64,000 bases of DNA from Vicinamibacterales bacterium (GTDB lineage Bacteria > Acidobacteriota > Vicinamibacteria > Vicinamibacterales > UBA8438): contig OY762226.1 of the NCBI GenBank assembly GCA_963665465.1, forward strand, positions 5,713,612-5,777,611, given 5' to 3'. Below the pieces are notes generated by a model that made no database searches, was not told the DNA's origin, and was given only the letters and a program-made list of their open reading frames with translations. Positions 42,297 through 52,020 of this stretch are shown here, in pieces. The position numbers were made by a program, and so were the translations under genes. The stretch's first letter is position 1, and every line of letters begins with the position of its first letter.

Positions 42297-44024
42297 GTGG
42301 AGCGCTCCATGCGATGCGCGCTGATCGCCTCGCTCGTGTCGACCGGCCTCGGCGCAGCTCTGGCCGCCCCCGCTGCCGAGGCCCAGTCGCCGGCCGGGTA
42401 CCCGCCGGTGACGACCGAGCGCCTGGTGAGTCCCGGGCCGGCGGACTGGCTCATGTACCGCCGGACCTACGACGGCTGGGGCTACAGCCCGCTCGATCGG
42501 ATCACCGCCGCCAATGTGGCGCGCCTGGTGCCGGTCTGGTCGCTGTCGACCGGCTTGCGGCCGGGCCACGAGTCGCCGCCGCTGGTGAACGGGCGCTTCA
42601 TGTTCGTGACCACGCCGCGCAACAACGTGCTGGCGCTCGACGCGCGCACGGGCGAGCTCCTGTGGCGCTACGTGCGCCGGCTGCCCGCGGGGCTCACGCA
42701 CGGCCACCCCACCAACCGCGGGGCTGCGCTGTACGAGGACAAGGTGTACCTGGCGACCGTCGATGCGCACGTCGTCGCGCTCGACGCGGCCACCGGCGAG
42801 GTGGTCTGGGAGCGGCCTGTCGAGGACTATCGCAGCGGGTACTACATGACGATGGCGCCGCTGGTGGTCGACGGCAAGGTCATGGTCGGGGTCTCGGGCG
42901 GCGAGCGGGGTATCCGCGGCTTCGTGGCGGCCCTCGATGCCCGCAGAGGGACCGAGGTGTGGAAGGCGTACTCCATTCCGACGCCCGATCAGCCGGGCGG
43001 CGACAGTTGGCCGGGCGATGCCTGGCGGACCGGCGGCGCGCCGGTGTGGCTCACCGGCACGTTCGACCCGGCGCTCAACCTGACCTACTGGGGCACGGGG
43101 AACCCGGGCCCCTGGATGGGCGACCAGCGTCCCGGCGACAACCTGTACACCAACTCGGTCATCGCGTTGGATGCCGATACGGGCGAGCTGCGCGGATACC
43201 ATCAGTACCACTGGAACGGATCGTGGGACTGGGACGAGGTCGACGCCCCGCTGCTGGTCGACATCGAACGCGAGGGACGAACGATCGACGCCCTGGTGCA
43301 CCCGGGCCGCAACGGCTATCTGTGGCTGCTCGGCCGCAGCGCGGACGGCATCTCCTTCATCGCGGCCGAGCCGTTCGTGCGCCAGAACGTGTTCACCCGC
43401 CTCGATCCGCGGACCGGCCGCCCCGAGTACGATCCGAATCGCCGGCCGGGCACCGGGGTGCGCGCGTCGTTCTGTCCATCGCTGTGGGGCGGCAAGAACT
43501 GGCCGCCCGCGGCCTACAACCCGCTGACGCGGTACCTGTACGTTCCCGCCAACGAGAATCTGTGCTCGTACATCGAGGGGCGCGAGGCGGAGTACGAGCC
43601 CGGCGAGCGGTTCATCGGCGCCTCGTCGCAGACCTTCGCGCACGAGGACGCCGATCACATCGGCGAGCTGCAGGCCTGGGATCTCGATACGGGCGAGAAG
43701 GCGTGGACCCGCGAGTTCGAATCGCCCAACTGGGGGCCCGTGCTGACCACCGCCGGCGGGCTGGTCTTCGCGGGCGGCACGAACGACCGCTACTTTCGCG
43801 CGTTCGATGCCCGCTCGGGCGAAATCCTGTGGCGGCAGCGCACCAGCTCCGGCATCATCGGGGTACCGGTGTCGTACATGATCGACGGCGTGCAGTACGT
43901 CGCGGTCCAGTCGGGGTGGGGAATCGACGCGCAGCGGATGCAGGGCGCGATCGATCGCAGCCTCGGACAGACCACGCACGTGCCGCAGGGGGGCGTACTG
44001 TGGGTGTTCGCGCTGCGTGACTGA
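42297..44024 (+). CDS. PQQ-dependent dehydrogenase (methanol/ethanol-family-like quinoprotein), secreted
   Basis: Signal peptide. PADWLMYRRTYDGWGYSPLDRITAANVARLVPVWS, GVSGGERGIRGFVAALDARRGTEVW, and active-site region NGSWDWDEVDAPLL. No CxxCH and no vicinal Cys-Cys. Alternative start is ATG 42309. Confidence 0.85.
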   Translation: MERSMRCALIASLVSTGLGAALAAPAAEAQSPAGYPPVTTERLVSPGPADWLMYRRTYDGWGYSPLDRITAANVARLVPVWSLSTGLRPGHESPPLVNGRFMFVTTPRNNVLALDARTGELLWRYVRRLPAGLTHGHPTNRGAALYEDKVYLATVDAHVVALDAATGEVVWERPVEDYRSGYYMTMAPLVVDGKVMVGVSGGERGIRGFVAALDARRGTEVWKAYSIPTPDQPGGDSWPGDAWRTGGAPVWLTGTFDPALNLTYWGTGNPGPWMGDQRPGDNLYTNSVIALDADTGELRGYHQYHWNGSWDWDEVDAPLLVDIEREGRTIDALVHPGRNGYLWLLGRSADGISFIAAEPFVRQNVFTRLDPRTGRPEYDPNRRPGTGVRASFCPSLWGGKNWPPAAYNPLTRYLYVPANENLCSYIEGREAEYEPGERFIGASSQTFAHEDADHIGELQAWDLDTGEKAWTREFESPNWGPVLTTAGGLVFAGGTNDRYFRAFDARSGEILWRQRTSSGIIGVPVSYMIDGVQYVAVQSGWGIDAQRMQGAIDRSLGQTTHVPQGGVLWVFALRD

Positions 44025-44073
44025 TCGGCGCGACGTCGGCGGCAAGCTGGCTTGGGATACGGAGGAGGTAACG

Positions 44074-45090
44074 ATGAGAAGAGGTTTCTTCAGCGCGTTG
44101 TGCATTCTGACGCTGGCAGCCGTGCTTGGACTGCCCGCCGCGGGGCAGGCCCAGGAGCCGGCAGGAGGCTGGACCGCGCCCCGCACCGCCCATGGCCATC
44201 CCGATCTGCAGGGGGTGTGGGCCAACAACAGCGCCACGCCGCTGCAGCGGCCGGCGGCGCTGGCCGACCGCGAGTTCCTGACGGACGAGGAGCTGGCCAA
44301 CCTGCAGGCGCGCGCCAACGAGCTGTTCGCGCTCGACGCCGACGACGCGGCCTTCGGCGACAGCGTGTTCACGGCGGCGCTGGCGGCGGCCGATGACTTC
44401 TCGTCGGCCGACACCCAGACGGGCAACTACAACCAGTTCTGGATGGTCGAGCGCGACTGGGACAACCGCACGTCGCTCATCGTCGATCCGCCGAACGGAC
44501 GCCTGCCGCAGCGGACGCCGGAAGCCGAGGCGCGGATGGCGGCGTACAACGCGGGCCGGCAGCGCCACGCGCACTGGACCGACGACCGGAGTCTCGGCGA
44601 GCGCTGCATCACGTTCGGCGCGCCGCGCCTGGGCGCGGGCTACAACTCCTACTACCAGATCTTTCAGACGGCCGACCATGTAGTCCTGCTGATGGAGATG
44701 GCGCACGACGCCCGCATCATCCCGCTGGCGGACCGGCCGCCCCTCGATGACGACATCCGGCTCTGGCACGGCGACTCGCGGGGGCGCTGGGAAGGCGAGA
44801 CGCTGGTCGTCGAGACGGGGAACTACTCCCCGAAGAGCTACTTCATGGGCGCCAAGGACAACCTGCGCATCGAGGAGCGCTTCACGCGCGTGGCGCCGGG
44901 CGTGCTGGAGTACGAGGTCCGGGTCGATGACTCGGAGACCTGGGCCGACCCCTGGACCGCGGTCATCCGGATGAACAAGAGCGACGACGCGCTCTACGAG
45001 TACGCCTGCCACGAAGGCAACATCGGGATGGAAGGGATCCTGTCCGGCGCGCGCGTGCTCGAGCGGGCGGAAGCGGAGGGCGGGCGCTAG
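44074..45090 (+). CDS. Secreted protein, paralog family copy P8
   Basis: GGAGGAGG RBS precedes ATG 44074, followed by a signal peptide. PRTAHGHPDLQGVW, TPLQRP, REFLTDEE, NRTSLIVDPPNGRLP, ERCI, YQIFQTADHVVLLMEMAHDARIIPLADRP, GDSRGRWEGETLVVETGNY and YEYACHEGNI. It lies 49 nt downstream of the PQQ dehydrogenase on the same strand. Confidence 0.85.
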   Translation: MRRGFFSALCILTLAAVLGLPAAGQAQEPAGGWTAPRTAHGHPDLQGVWANNSATPLQRPAALADREFLTDEELANLQARANELFALDADDAAFGDSVFTAALAAADDFSSADTQTGNYNQFWMVERDWDNRTSLIVDPPNGRLPQRTPEAEARMAAYNAGRQRHAHWTDDRSLGERCITFGAPRLGAGYNSYYQIFQTADHVVLLMEMAHDARIIPLADRPPLDDDIRLWHGDSRGRWEGETLVVETGNYSPKSYFMGAKDNLRIEERFTRVAPGVLEYEVRVDDSETWADPWTAVIRMNKSDDALYEYACHEGNIGMEGILSGARVLERAEAEGGR

Positions 45091-45101
45091 CCCGAATTCG
45101 A

Positions 45102-45144
45102 GGCCGCGGCTCCGCTGCCCGAGGGGGTCGCGGCCCTGTTCTCT
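45102..45144 (+). terminator. GC-rich hairpin between convergent genes (weak terminator candidate)
   Basis: GGCCGCG (45102-45108) pairs with CGCGGCC (45129-45135), extendable by wobble pairs, followed by CTGTTCTCT. Confidence 0.3.
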
Positions 45145-45202
45145 GAACGCGCAGCCACAGTCAGGAGTGCCCGGGACGAAGAGTTGCATTCCGGGCCGGA
45201 GA

Positions 45203-46927
45203 CTATCGGGCAGCCGGCTCTGCCGGCAGCGTGAAGACGAACAGCGCGTTGGGCGCGCCCGGCGCGCGTCCGCCGCCTACCGGTATGGCCAGGTACTGCT
45301 TGCCGTTCACGGCGTACGTCATCGGATAGCCCTGGACCGGCGAGGGCAGGCGCGTGCGGTACAGCACCTGCCCCGTCTGCACGTCGTGCAGGAACAGGTA
45401 TCGATCGCCGTCACCGCTGACCACGAGCCCGCCGCCGGTGGTCAGGGCCGCGCCCAGCGGTCGCGTGGCCGTGCGGTGCCGCCACAGGATCCGTCCCGTG
45501 TCGATGTCCATCGCCACCAGCTGGCCGGCGTGCTCGGGGCTCAGCGGGTGCGGGTTGCTGCCGGTGGTGCGCCAACCGGTCCAGGCCGGGTTGTAGTAGA
45601 AGTAGAGGTCGCCCTCCGGGTGCGCGTGCCGCTCGACCTCGGAGAAGACGCCCCGGGTGCAGCTGGGGGTGATGGGGATGTAGAGGGCCCTCGTCTGCGG
45701 ATGGTAGGCCGTGGCCATCACGTTCCTGATGCCCCGGAAGTCCGGACAGAAAGCGAGCTCCACGCCCGCCTCCGGGATCATGCCCGGGAGATAGGACACG
45801 GCGCCTGTCTGCCGGTCGAGCGACACGAGCGTCTGGAAGCCGAGGTCGTGGGCGTCGACGAACTCGCCCGTCGCCGCGTCGAGCTCCCACAGGATGCCCA
45901 GCTTGCCCATCTTGAAGACCGAGCGACGTCCGCCGTTGTCGATCAGGACGCTCTCGAACACCTCGTCCAGGTCGTGCGATTCACCCGGGACGAACTGGTG
46001 GTACCAGCGCAGGCCGCCGTCCCCGGGCTCGATCGCCAGCACGCTGTTCGTGTACAGCGCATCGCCGTCGGTTCCTCGTGACACGCGCGCCCACGGCTTC
46101 GCCTGCGCGGTGGACCAGTACATCAGGCCCGTCGACGCATCGTAGCTGCCGGGGATCCAGGCGTCGCCGCCGGCCCGGAACAGGAGCGGCAGGTCGCCCC
46201 AGGTATCGCCGCCGGGCGCGCCGGGCTCCGCGATGGTCGACGTGCGCCACAGCTCGCGCCCGGTGTCGGGATCGTGGGCCGAGATGAAGCACACCTCGTT
46301 CTTGTAGCGCTCGCAGCCCGTCATGCCGGCGACGATTCTGCCCTCCGCCACGATGGCGCCGCTCGTGTAGCGGTAGCCGAGGCTGTGATCGGCCACCGCG
46401 TGCTCCCATGCGATCTCGCCCGTCCGCGCGTCGAGCGCGATCAGATGGGCGTCGGCCGTCGTCACGTAGAGGTTGCTGCCGTAGATGGCCAGCGAGCGCA
46501 TCCGGTTGCGGAAGTTCTCGTCCGGCGTGTTCTCGAAGATGCGGCGGTACTCCCAGATGCGGTCCCCGGTCACGGCATCGACGGCCTGGACGTAGCCGTC
46601 GGGATTCGGCAGGTACATGACGCCGTTGTAGACCAGCGGCGTCGGCTGGCTGAGCCCCGGCCGCATCTGCCACGACCAGGCGAGCTGGAGCAGGTGCACG
46701 TTGTCCCGGTCGATCTGGTCGAGCGGGCTGTAGCCCCATCCATCGAGCGTGCGCCGCCAGTGCAGCCAGTCGGCCGGGTCGGGGCTGGCGAGGACGGCGT
46801 CGGTGACCGGCTCGAACGGCCGCGCCTGCGCCGCCGCAGCCGGCGTTTCCCGAGACTGTCCGTTCGCCGCCGTCGCGAGGCCGATGCCGATCGCCAGCAC
46901 GCCGCATGCCACCAGATGCCGTGTCAT
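45203..46927 (-). CDS. PQQ-dependent dehydrogenase (quinoprotein), secreted
   Basis: AGGAGGG RBS precedes ATG 46927, followed by a signal peptide. PADWLHWRRTLDGWGYSPLDQIDRDNVHLLQLAWS and active-site region GESHDLDEVFESVL. No CxxCH. The upstream 105 codons of the track ORF are shadow sequence. Confidence 0.85.
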   Translation of the reverse strand: MTRHLVACGVLAIGIGLATAANGQSRETPAAAAQARPFEPVTDAVLASPDPADWLHWRRTLDGWGYSPLDQIDRDNVHLLQLAWSWQMRPGLSQPTPLVYNGVMYLPNPDGYVQAVDAVTGDRIWEYRRIFENTPDENFRNRMRSLAIYGSNLYVTTADAHLIALDARTGEIAWEHAVADHSLGYRYTSGAIVAEGRIVAGMTGCERYKNEVCFISAHDPDTGRELWRTSTIAEPGAPGGDTWGDLPLLFRAGGDAWIPGSYDASTGLMYWSTAQAKPWARVSRGTDGDALYTNSVLAIEPGDGGLRWYHQFVPGESHDLDEVFESVLIDNGGRRSVFKMGKLGILWELDAATGEFVDAHDLGFQTLVSLDRQTGAVSYLPGMIPEAGVELAFCPDFRGIRNVMATAYHPQTRALYIPITPSCTRGVFSEVERHAHPEGDLYFYYNPAWTGWRTTGSNPHPLSPEHAGQLVAMDIDTGRILWRHRTATRPLGAALTTGGGLVVSGDGDRYLFLHDVQTGQVLYRTRLPSPVQGYPMTYAVNGKQYLAIPVGGGRAPGAPNALFVFTLPAEPAAR

Positions 46928-47027
46928 CGTGGACCCTCCTGCGGACCGCTTCCCGCCGCGATTATCAGCCACGCGGACGCGGGGCGCAACCGGCCCGTGC
47001 GCCGTCTCGACCGGGTCGACTTCGTGA

Positions 47028-47033
47028 TATAGT
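47028..47033 (+). promoter_or_regulatory. Extended -10 candidate TGATATAGT
   Basis: TG-n-TATAGT lies in the divergent intergenic region, about 160 nt upstream of ATG 47194. Confidence 0.3.
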
Positions 47034-47193
47034 CGGCGGTCCGAGCCGGCCCTCGCCGGGCGTGCAGGCCGGGCGTCTGCGCCGCAGCATGGTGTGGACG
47101 CCGGCAGGCCCGGTTGGGCGCCGCATGGCGGCGATTGGCGGGCTGGACAGGGCGCCGGACGGCGGTCGTCATACGCGAGGAGGCAGTTGCGGA

Positions 47194-47723
47194 TGTCGTT
47201 ACGGAGCGTGTTCGAGTGGCTGGAAGCGATGCCGATGAGCACGGCATTGCGCGAGTCGATCTACGGCTATCCGATTCTGCTGACGTCGCATGTGGTGAGC
47301 ATGTGCGTGATTGCGGGTCTGCTGGTGATGATGGACCTGCGCCTGACGGGGATGGGCAATCTGCACACCCCGGTGTCGCACATACAGAACCGCCTGTTCA
47401 AGTGGCAGATGGTGGGTCTGGCGATGTCGATCGTCAGCGGGGGCCTGCTGTTCTACGGGCAGCCGATGCGGTTTTACGGCAACTTCTGGTTCTGGATGAA
47501 GAACCTGCTGCTGCTGGCGGCGCTGGTCAACGCGATGTATTTCCACCAGACGGTCTACCGTTCGGTGGACAAGTGGGACAACGACCCCGTGCCGCCGGTG
47601 CCGGCGCGGGTGGCCGGCGCGCTGGGTCTGGTCTTGTGGGCGGCGGTCATCGTGACGGGTCGGATGATTGCCTACAGCGGTCTGGTTCCGCAGTGGTGGC
47701 TGGACCTGGAGTTGACGCCGTAA
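47194..47723 (+). CDS. Integral membrane protein, paralog 1 of a pair (family not recognised with confidence)
   Basis: GAGGAGG RBS precedes ATG 47194. About 4 predicted TM helices, a DLRLTG motif, and visibly less GC-biased codon usage than its neighbours. Confidence 0.7.
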
Positions 47724-47738
47724 GAGGGCGAGGGCGCA

Positions 47739-48212
47739 ATGGTCCTGGAATTTTTCGAGTGGATGGAAGGCAGCGCGCTGAGCCTGACGTTTCAGTCGGC
47801 GGTCTGGTACAGCCCGCTCATTCAGGTGATGCACCTGGTGGCGGTGGCGTTTTTCTCGGGCTCGCTGCTGGTGGTGGACCTGCGGCTGCTGGGCGTGGGT
47901 CTGACGGCGCAGCCGTTGCGTCAGGTGGCCGAGGACGCGCAGCCGTGGCTGGTGGGGGGGCTGGTGGCGCTGGCGATCACGGGCACGCCGACGATGGCGT
48001 CGACGTCGATCAAGCAGTACTACAGTCCGTTCTGGTGGTGGAAGATGGAGATGCTGCTCTTGGGCCTGATCTTCATCTTCACGGTGCGGCGCAAGGTCAT
48101 CGCGGCCGACGAGGGCTCGTTAGGCCCGGTCTGGCCCAAGGTCGTCGCGCTGACCTCGATGGGCATCTTCCTCGGCGTCACCATCGGCGCCCGCCTCATC
48201 GGACTGTCCTAG
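47739..48212 (+). CDS. Integral membrane protein, paralog 2 of the pair
   Basis: It shares FEWME/FEWLE, HLV/HVV...DLRLLG/DLRLTG, the W-rich third helix and the C-terminal GARLIG/GRMIA motifs with 47194-47723. Confidence 0.7.
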   Translation: MVLEFFEWMEGSALSLTFQSAVWYSPLIQVMHLVAVAFFSGSLLVVDLRLLGVGLTAQPLRQVAEDAQPWLVGGLVALAITGTPTMASTSIKQYYSPFWWWKMEMLLLGLIFIFTVRRKVIAADEGSLGPVWPKVVALTSMGIFLGVTIGARLIGLS

Positions 48213-48225
48213 GGGAGTGACACGC

Positions 48226-49464
48226 ATGACCATGATGCGGAGCCTCGTCTGCAGCGGACTGGCGGCAGTGCTCGCCGCACCGGCCTTCGTCCCGGCCGCC
48301 GGGGCGCAGGACTGGACGCAGTGGCGCGGACCGAACCGGGACGGCGTCGCCGCGGCGTTCGACGTTCCCGCGCCGTGGCCCGACGGGTTGCGCCAACGCT
48401 GGACCGTCGAGGTCGGCTCGGGCTACGCCACGCCGCTGCTGATCGGCGAGCGGCTGTACCTGTACGTCCGGCAGGACGAGGACGAGGTGATGCTGGCGCT
48501 CGACCCGGCGACGGGGGAGACGATCTGGCGTTCGGCCTATCCGGCGCCGTACGAGATGAGTCCGGCCACCAATCCGCACGGCCCGGGGCCCAAGTCGACG
48601 CCGGCCTACGCGGCCGGCCGGCTGTTCACGCTCGGCATGAGCGGTATCGTGAGCGCGTTCGACGCGGACGACGGCGAGCTGCTGTGGCAGGTGCCGGGAG
48701 GTGCGGTCGAGCCGCTGTATCACACGGCGATGTCCCCGGTGGTCGAGGGCGATCTCGTGATCTTCCATGTCGGCGGACATGACGACGGTGCGCTGACCGC
48801 CTTCGATGCGGCGACCGGCGACGTCCGCTGGCGCTGGGACGGTGACGGGCCCTCCTACGGCTCGCCGCTGGTGCTCGACATCGAAGGCGTCCGCCAGGTC
48901 GTCACCTACACGCAGGACAACCTGGTCGGCGTGGCGGTGCAGACCGGCGAGCTGCTGTGGAGCCGGCCGTTCACGACGGCCTACACGACCAACTCGCAGA
49001 CGCCGGTACGGCACGGGGACATGCTGATCCAGTCGGGCCAGGGCAACGGCGTCACCGCCTTCCGGGTGCTGCGCGAGGGCGACGCCTGGACGACCGACGA
49101 CGTCTGGCACGCCCGCGAGGTGGCGCTGGACATGACGAACGGCGTCGTGGCGGACGGGGTGCTGTACGGGCTCTCGCACCTCAACAGCGGTCAGTACTTC
49201 GCCCTCGACCTGAACACCGGCGAGGTGCTGTGGACCGGCAATCCGCGCCAGGCGCAGAACGCGGCGATCCTGAGGTCGGGCCGGACGCTGCTGTCGCTGC
49301 AGGAGGATGCGGAGCTGCTCGTGCTCGACGCCAGCCGGACGGGCCTCGACGTGGTGCAGCGCTACGACGTCGCCGACACCGTGACGTGGACGCAGCCGAC
49401 GCTGTCCGGCAACCGGCTGTTCGTCAAGGATGTCTCGACGCTGACCCTGTGGACGCTCGACTAG
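48226..49464 (+). CDS. PQQ-like beta-propeller repeat protein (BamB-like fold), secreted
   Basis: WTQWRGPNRDGV...YATPLLIGERLYLY...LALDPATGETIWR...VSAFDADDGELLWQ are repeated PQQ-enzyme-repeat blades. In-frame GTG 48217 is an alternative start. Confidence 0.8.
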   Translation: MTMMRSLVCSGLAAVLAAPAFVPAAGAQDWTQWRGPNRDGVAAAFDVPAPWPDGLRQRWTVEVGSGYATPLLIGERLYLYVRQDEDEVMLALDPATGETIWRSAYPAPYEMSPATNPHGPGPKSTPAYAAGRLFTLGMSGIVSAFDADDGELLWQVPGGAVEPLYHTAMSPVVEGDLVIFHVGGHDDGALTAFDAATGDVRWRWDGDGPSYGSPLVLDIEGVRQVVTYTQDNLVGVAVQTGELLWSRPFTTAYTTNSQTPVRHGDMLIQSGQGNGVTAFRVLREGDAWTTDDVWHAREVALDMTNGVVADGVLYGLSHLNSGQYFALDLNTGEVLWTGNPRQAQNAAILRSGRTLLSLQEDAELLVLDASRTGLDVVQRYDVADTVTWTQPTLSGNRLFVKDVSTLTLWTLD

Positions 49465-49490
49465 GAGCTCCCCGGAAGGATGGAAGAACC

Positions 49491-50147
49491 GTGGCACTGA
49501 GGATCAACGACGAAGCGCCCAACTTCAAGGCCGAGACGACCCAGGGGGCGATCGACCTCCACGAATGGATCGGCGACGGGTGGGCCATCCTGTTCTCGCA
49601 TCCGAAGGACTTCACGCCGGTCTGCACGACGGAGCTCGGCTACATGGCCGGCCTCAAGCCCGAGTTCGACAAGCGCAACTGCAAGGTCCTGGGCATCAGC
49701 GTCGACGGCGTGAGCAATCACGAACGGTGGTCGCGGGACATCGAGACGTCGCAGGGGCACCGGGTCACGTATCCGCTGATCGGGGATCCGCAGCTCGAGA
49801 TCGTCAAGCTGTACGACATGCTGCCAGCCGACGCCGGCGACACGAGCGAGGGCCGCACGCCGGCCGACAACGCGACGGCGCGGTCGGTCTTCCTCATCGG
49901 GCCCGACAAGAAGATCAAGGCGACGCTGACCTATCCCATGAGCACGGGCCGGAACTTCGACGAGGTGCTGCGCCTGCTCGATTCCTGCCAGCTGACGGCC
50001 AGCAAGAAGGTGGCGACTCCGGTCAACTGGCGGCAGGGTGACGACGTGATCATCCTGCCGGCGGTGTCGGACGACGAAGCCAGGCAGAAATACCCCGATG
50101 GGTGGCGCTCGCCGCTGCCGTACATCCGCATCGTCCCACAGCCCTGA
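49491..50147 (+). CDS. 1-Cys peroxiredoxin (Prx6 type)
   Basis: LRINDEAPNFKAETTQGAIDLHEWIGDGWAILFSHPKDFTPVCTTELG is the canonical Prx6 N-terminus with the peroxidatic Cys. It uses a GTG start after GGAAGGATGGAAG. Confidence 0.9.
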   Translation: MALRINDEAPNFKAETTQGAIDLHEWIGDGWAILFSHPKDFTPVCTTELGYMAGLKPEFDKRNCKVLGISVDGVSNHERWSRDIETSQGHRVTYPLIGDPQLEIVKLYDMLPADAGDTSEGRTPADNATARSVFLIGPDKKIKATLTYPMSTGRNFDEVLRLLDSCQLTASKKVATPVNWRQGDDVIILPAVSDDEARQKYPDGWRSPLPYIRIVPQP

Positions 50148-50556
50148 GGGTCCGCACGGCGGCCTGCCCGGCGGCGGCGGCCCGCGGAGCCGGGCGCGCT
50201 CGCGTTGCCTGCGCGGGACCGTAGCCGTGTGTCTGCTGGCCGTCTGGGGCTGCGGGGACGCGGGCACCGGCGGGGACGCGGCGTCCCGGGTCACGCCCGA
50301 CGGCGGGCTCCCGCTCGTCAGCGAGAACTGGCGCATCGCCGAGATGGCGACCGCCCACGACGCCTTCACGGTCGAGGTCGAGGTGGCGGACGGGGTGGAT
50401 ACGGCCGCCCTCGCGCGCGAGCTGATCCGGCCGCTGCAGGACCGCTACGCCGAAGTGCTGGTCTACTTTCACGCGCGGGATGCCGACGGCCACCTGCCGC
50501 GGCTGCGGGTGCAGTGGACGGCCGAGCACGGCTACGTCGAGACCCGCTACAGGTGA
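50098..50556 (+). CDS. Hypothetical protein, possible lipoprotein (LAVWGC lipobox-like)
   Basis: ORF with a plausible VAVCLLAVWGCG segment. The start is uncertain and the called start overlaps the Prx 3' end by 50 nt. I recognise no family. Confidence 0.4.
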   Translation: MGGARRCRTSASSHSPEGPHGGLPGGGGPRSRARSRCLRGTVAVCLLAVWGCGDAGTGGDAASRVTPDGGLPLVSENWRIAEMATAHDAFTVEVEVADGVDTAALARELIRPLQDRYAEVLVYFHARDADGHLPRLRVQWTAEHGYVETRYR

Positions 50557-50611
50557 GCCGTGAGCTCGCGCCGCCGGGTGGCGCCGACGCCCGCGGGGGC
50601 GCCACCCGGCG

Positions 50612-51931
50612 CTACCCGAACAGCGCGTTGACGACGAACGTCGCGGCCAGGATGCCGGCAACGTCCGCCAGCAGGCAGGCCGGCACCGCGTGGCGCGTGT
50701 CCTTGACGCCCACCGCCCCGAAGTAGACGGCCAGCACGTAGAAGGTGGTCTCGGTGCTGCCCTGGTAGGTGCTGACCAGGTAGCCGACCAGCGAATCGGG
50801 ACCGTACGTCGTCATCGCCTCCGAGGCCACCCCCATCGCGCCCGAGCCGGACAGCGGGCGGAGCATCGCCATCGGCAAGGCTTCGGCCGGGATGCCTATC
50901 AGGCCGGTCATCGGAGCGGCGAGGCCGATCAGCACGTCCAGCGCTCCGGATGCCCTGAACATCCCGACCAGCACGAGAATGGCGACGAGATACGGAATGA
51001 TGCGGATGGCGACCTGGAATCCGTCCCGGGCCCCCTCGACGAGCGACTCGTACACGCGTACGCCGCGGATCCAGCCGTAGAGCACGAGCGCGGCGATGAC
51101 GGCCGGCAGGAGCCACGACGAGGCCATGTCGCGCAGCACGTCGCCGGCCGGGACGCCCGGGTCGCGGCCGACCAGCGCGCTCATGGCCGCGACCAGGAGG
51201 GTTGCCCAGAAGAGCCAGCCCACCGCCCGCCGGCCTGCGGCGGGACGGCCGGGGGCGACGGCCGCCGCCGACGGGTCGGCCGCCGGTGCGCCGGGCGCGG
51301 CTGCCGCCGTGTCGGGAGCCGGCGCCGAGAGCGGCGGGGGGGCCGAGGCACGGTAGCGCGGCAGGTTGGCCAGCAGCAGGGCAGCGGTCACCCCGACCGC
51401 GGTCGCCGACGCCGTGGCGAACCAGGTGGGCAGCAGGATGCCGGCCGCGTCGGCCGAGCCCAGCGCCGCGCGGATGCCGATCATCCCGGTCGGCAGCAGG
51501 GCCAGCCCCGAGGTGTTGATCGCCAGGAACAGCACCATGTGGTTCGTGGCCACCCCGCGCCGGCTGTTGTGCTTGTCGAGCTCCTCGATCGCCTTGATGC
51601 CGAAGGGGGTGGCCGCATTGGCCAGTCCCATCATGTTGGCTGCGATGTTCAGCAGCATGGCGCTCATGGCCGGGCTGTCCGGCGGCAGTCCCGGGAAGAG
51701 CAGGCGCATGACCGGACTCACGAGCCGCGCCAGGCGGGCCATCAGTCCGGCGTCGGACGCGACGCGCATGAGGCCCAGGAAGAAGGCCATCACGCCCACC
51801 AGGCCGATCGCGAGGTCCACGGCGCCGCGCGCGGACGAGACGACCGCGTCGGTCAGGGCCCGCATCTCCCCGCTGAGCGCCGCGGCGAGAATCGAGGCGA
51901 GGGCGACGACGACGAAGATGCCGTTCAGCAT
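50612..51931 (-). CDS. Nucleoside-recognition (Gate) domain membrane protein, SpmA/SpmB-like fusion
   Basis: MLNGIFVVVALASIL...LLNIAANMMGLANAATPFGIKAIEEL (SpmA-like half), then a Pro/Ala linker and an SpmB-like half. Confidence 0.8.
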   Translation of the reverse strand: MLNGIFVVVALASILAAALSGEMRALTDAVVSSARGAVDLAIGLVGVMAFFLGLMRVASDAGLMARLARLVSPVMRLLFPGLPPDSPAMSAMLLNIAANMMGLANAATPFGIKAIEELDKHNSRRGVATNHMVLFLAINTSGLALLPTGMIGIRAALGSADAAGILLPTWFATASATAVGVTAALLLANLPRYRASAPPPLSAPAPDTAAAAPGAPAADPSAAAVAPGRPAAGRRAVGWLFWATLLVAAMSALVGRDPGVPAGDVLRDMASSWLLPAVIAALVLYGWIRGVRVYESLVEGARDGFQVAIRIIPYLVAILVLVGMFRASGALDVLIGLAAPMTGLIGIPAEALPMAMLRPLSGSGAMGVASEAMTTYGPDSLVGYLVSTYQGSTETTFYVLAVYFGAVGVKDTRHAVPACLLADVAGILAATFVVNALFG

Positions 51932-52020
51932 GTGCCGCTGCTGCTCAATGGTAGCAGGCCGCCGGACGGCGCAACCGCGCTATGCTGTAGCGGAACTCAC
52001 TTGATGGCGAGGAGATGCCG

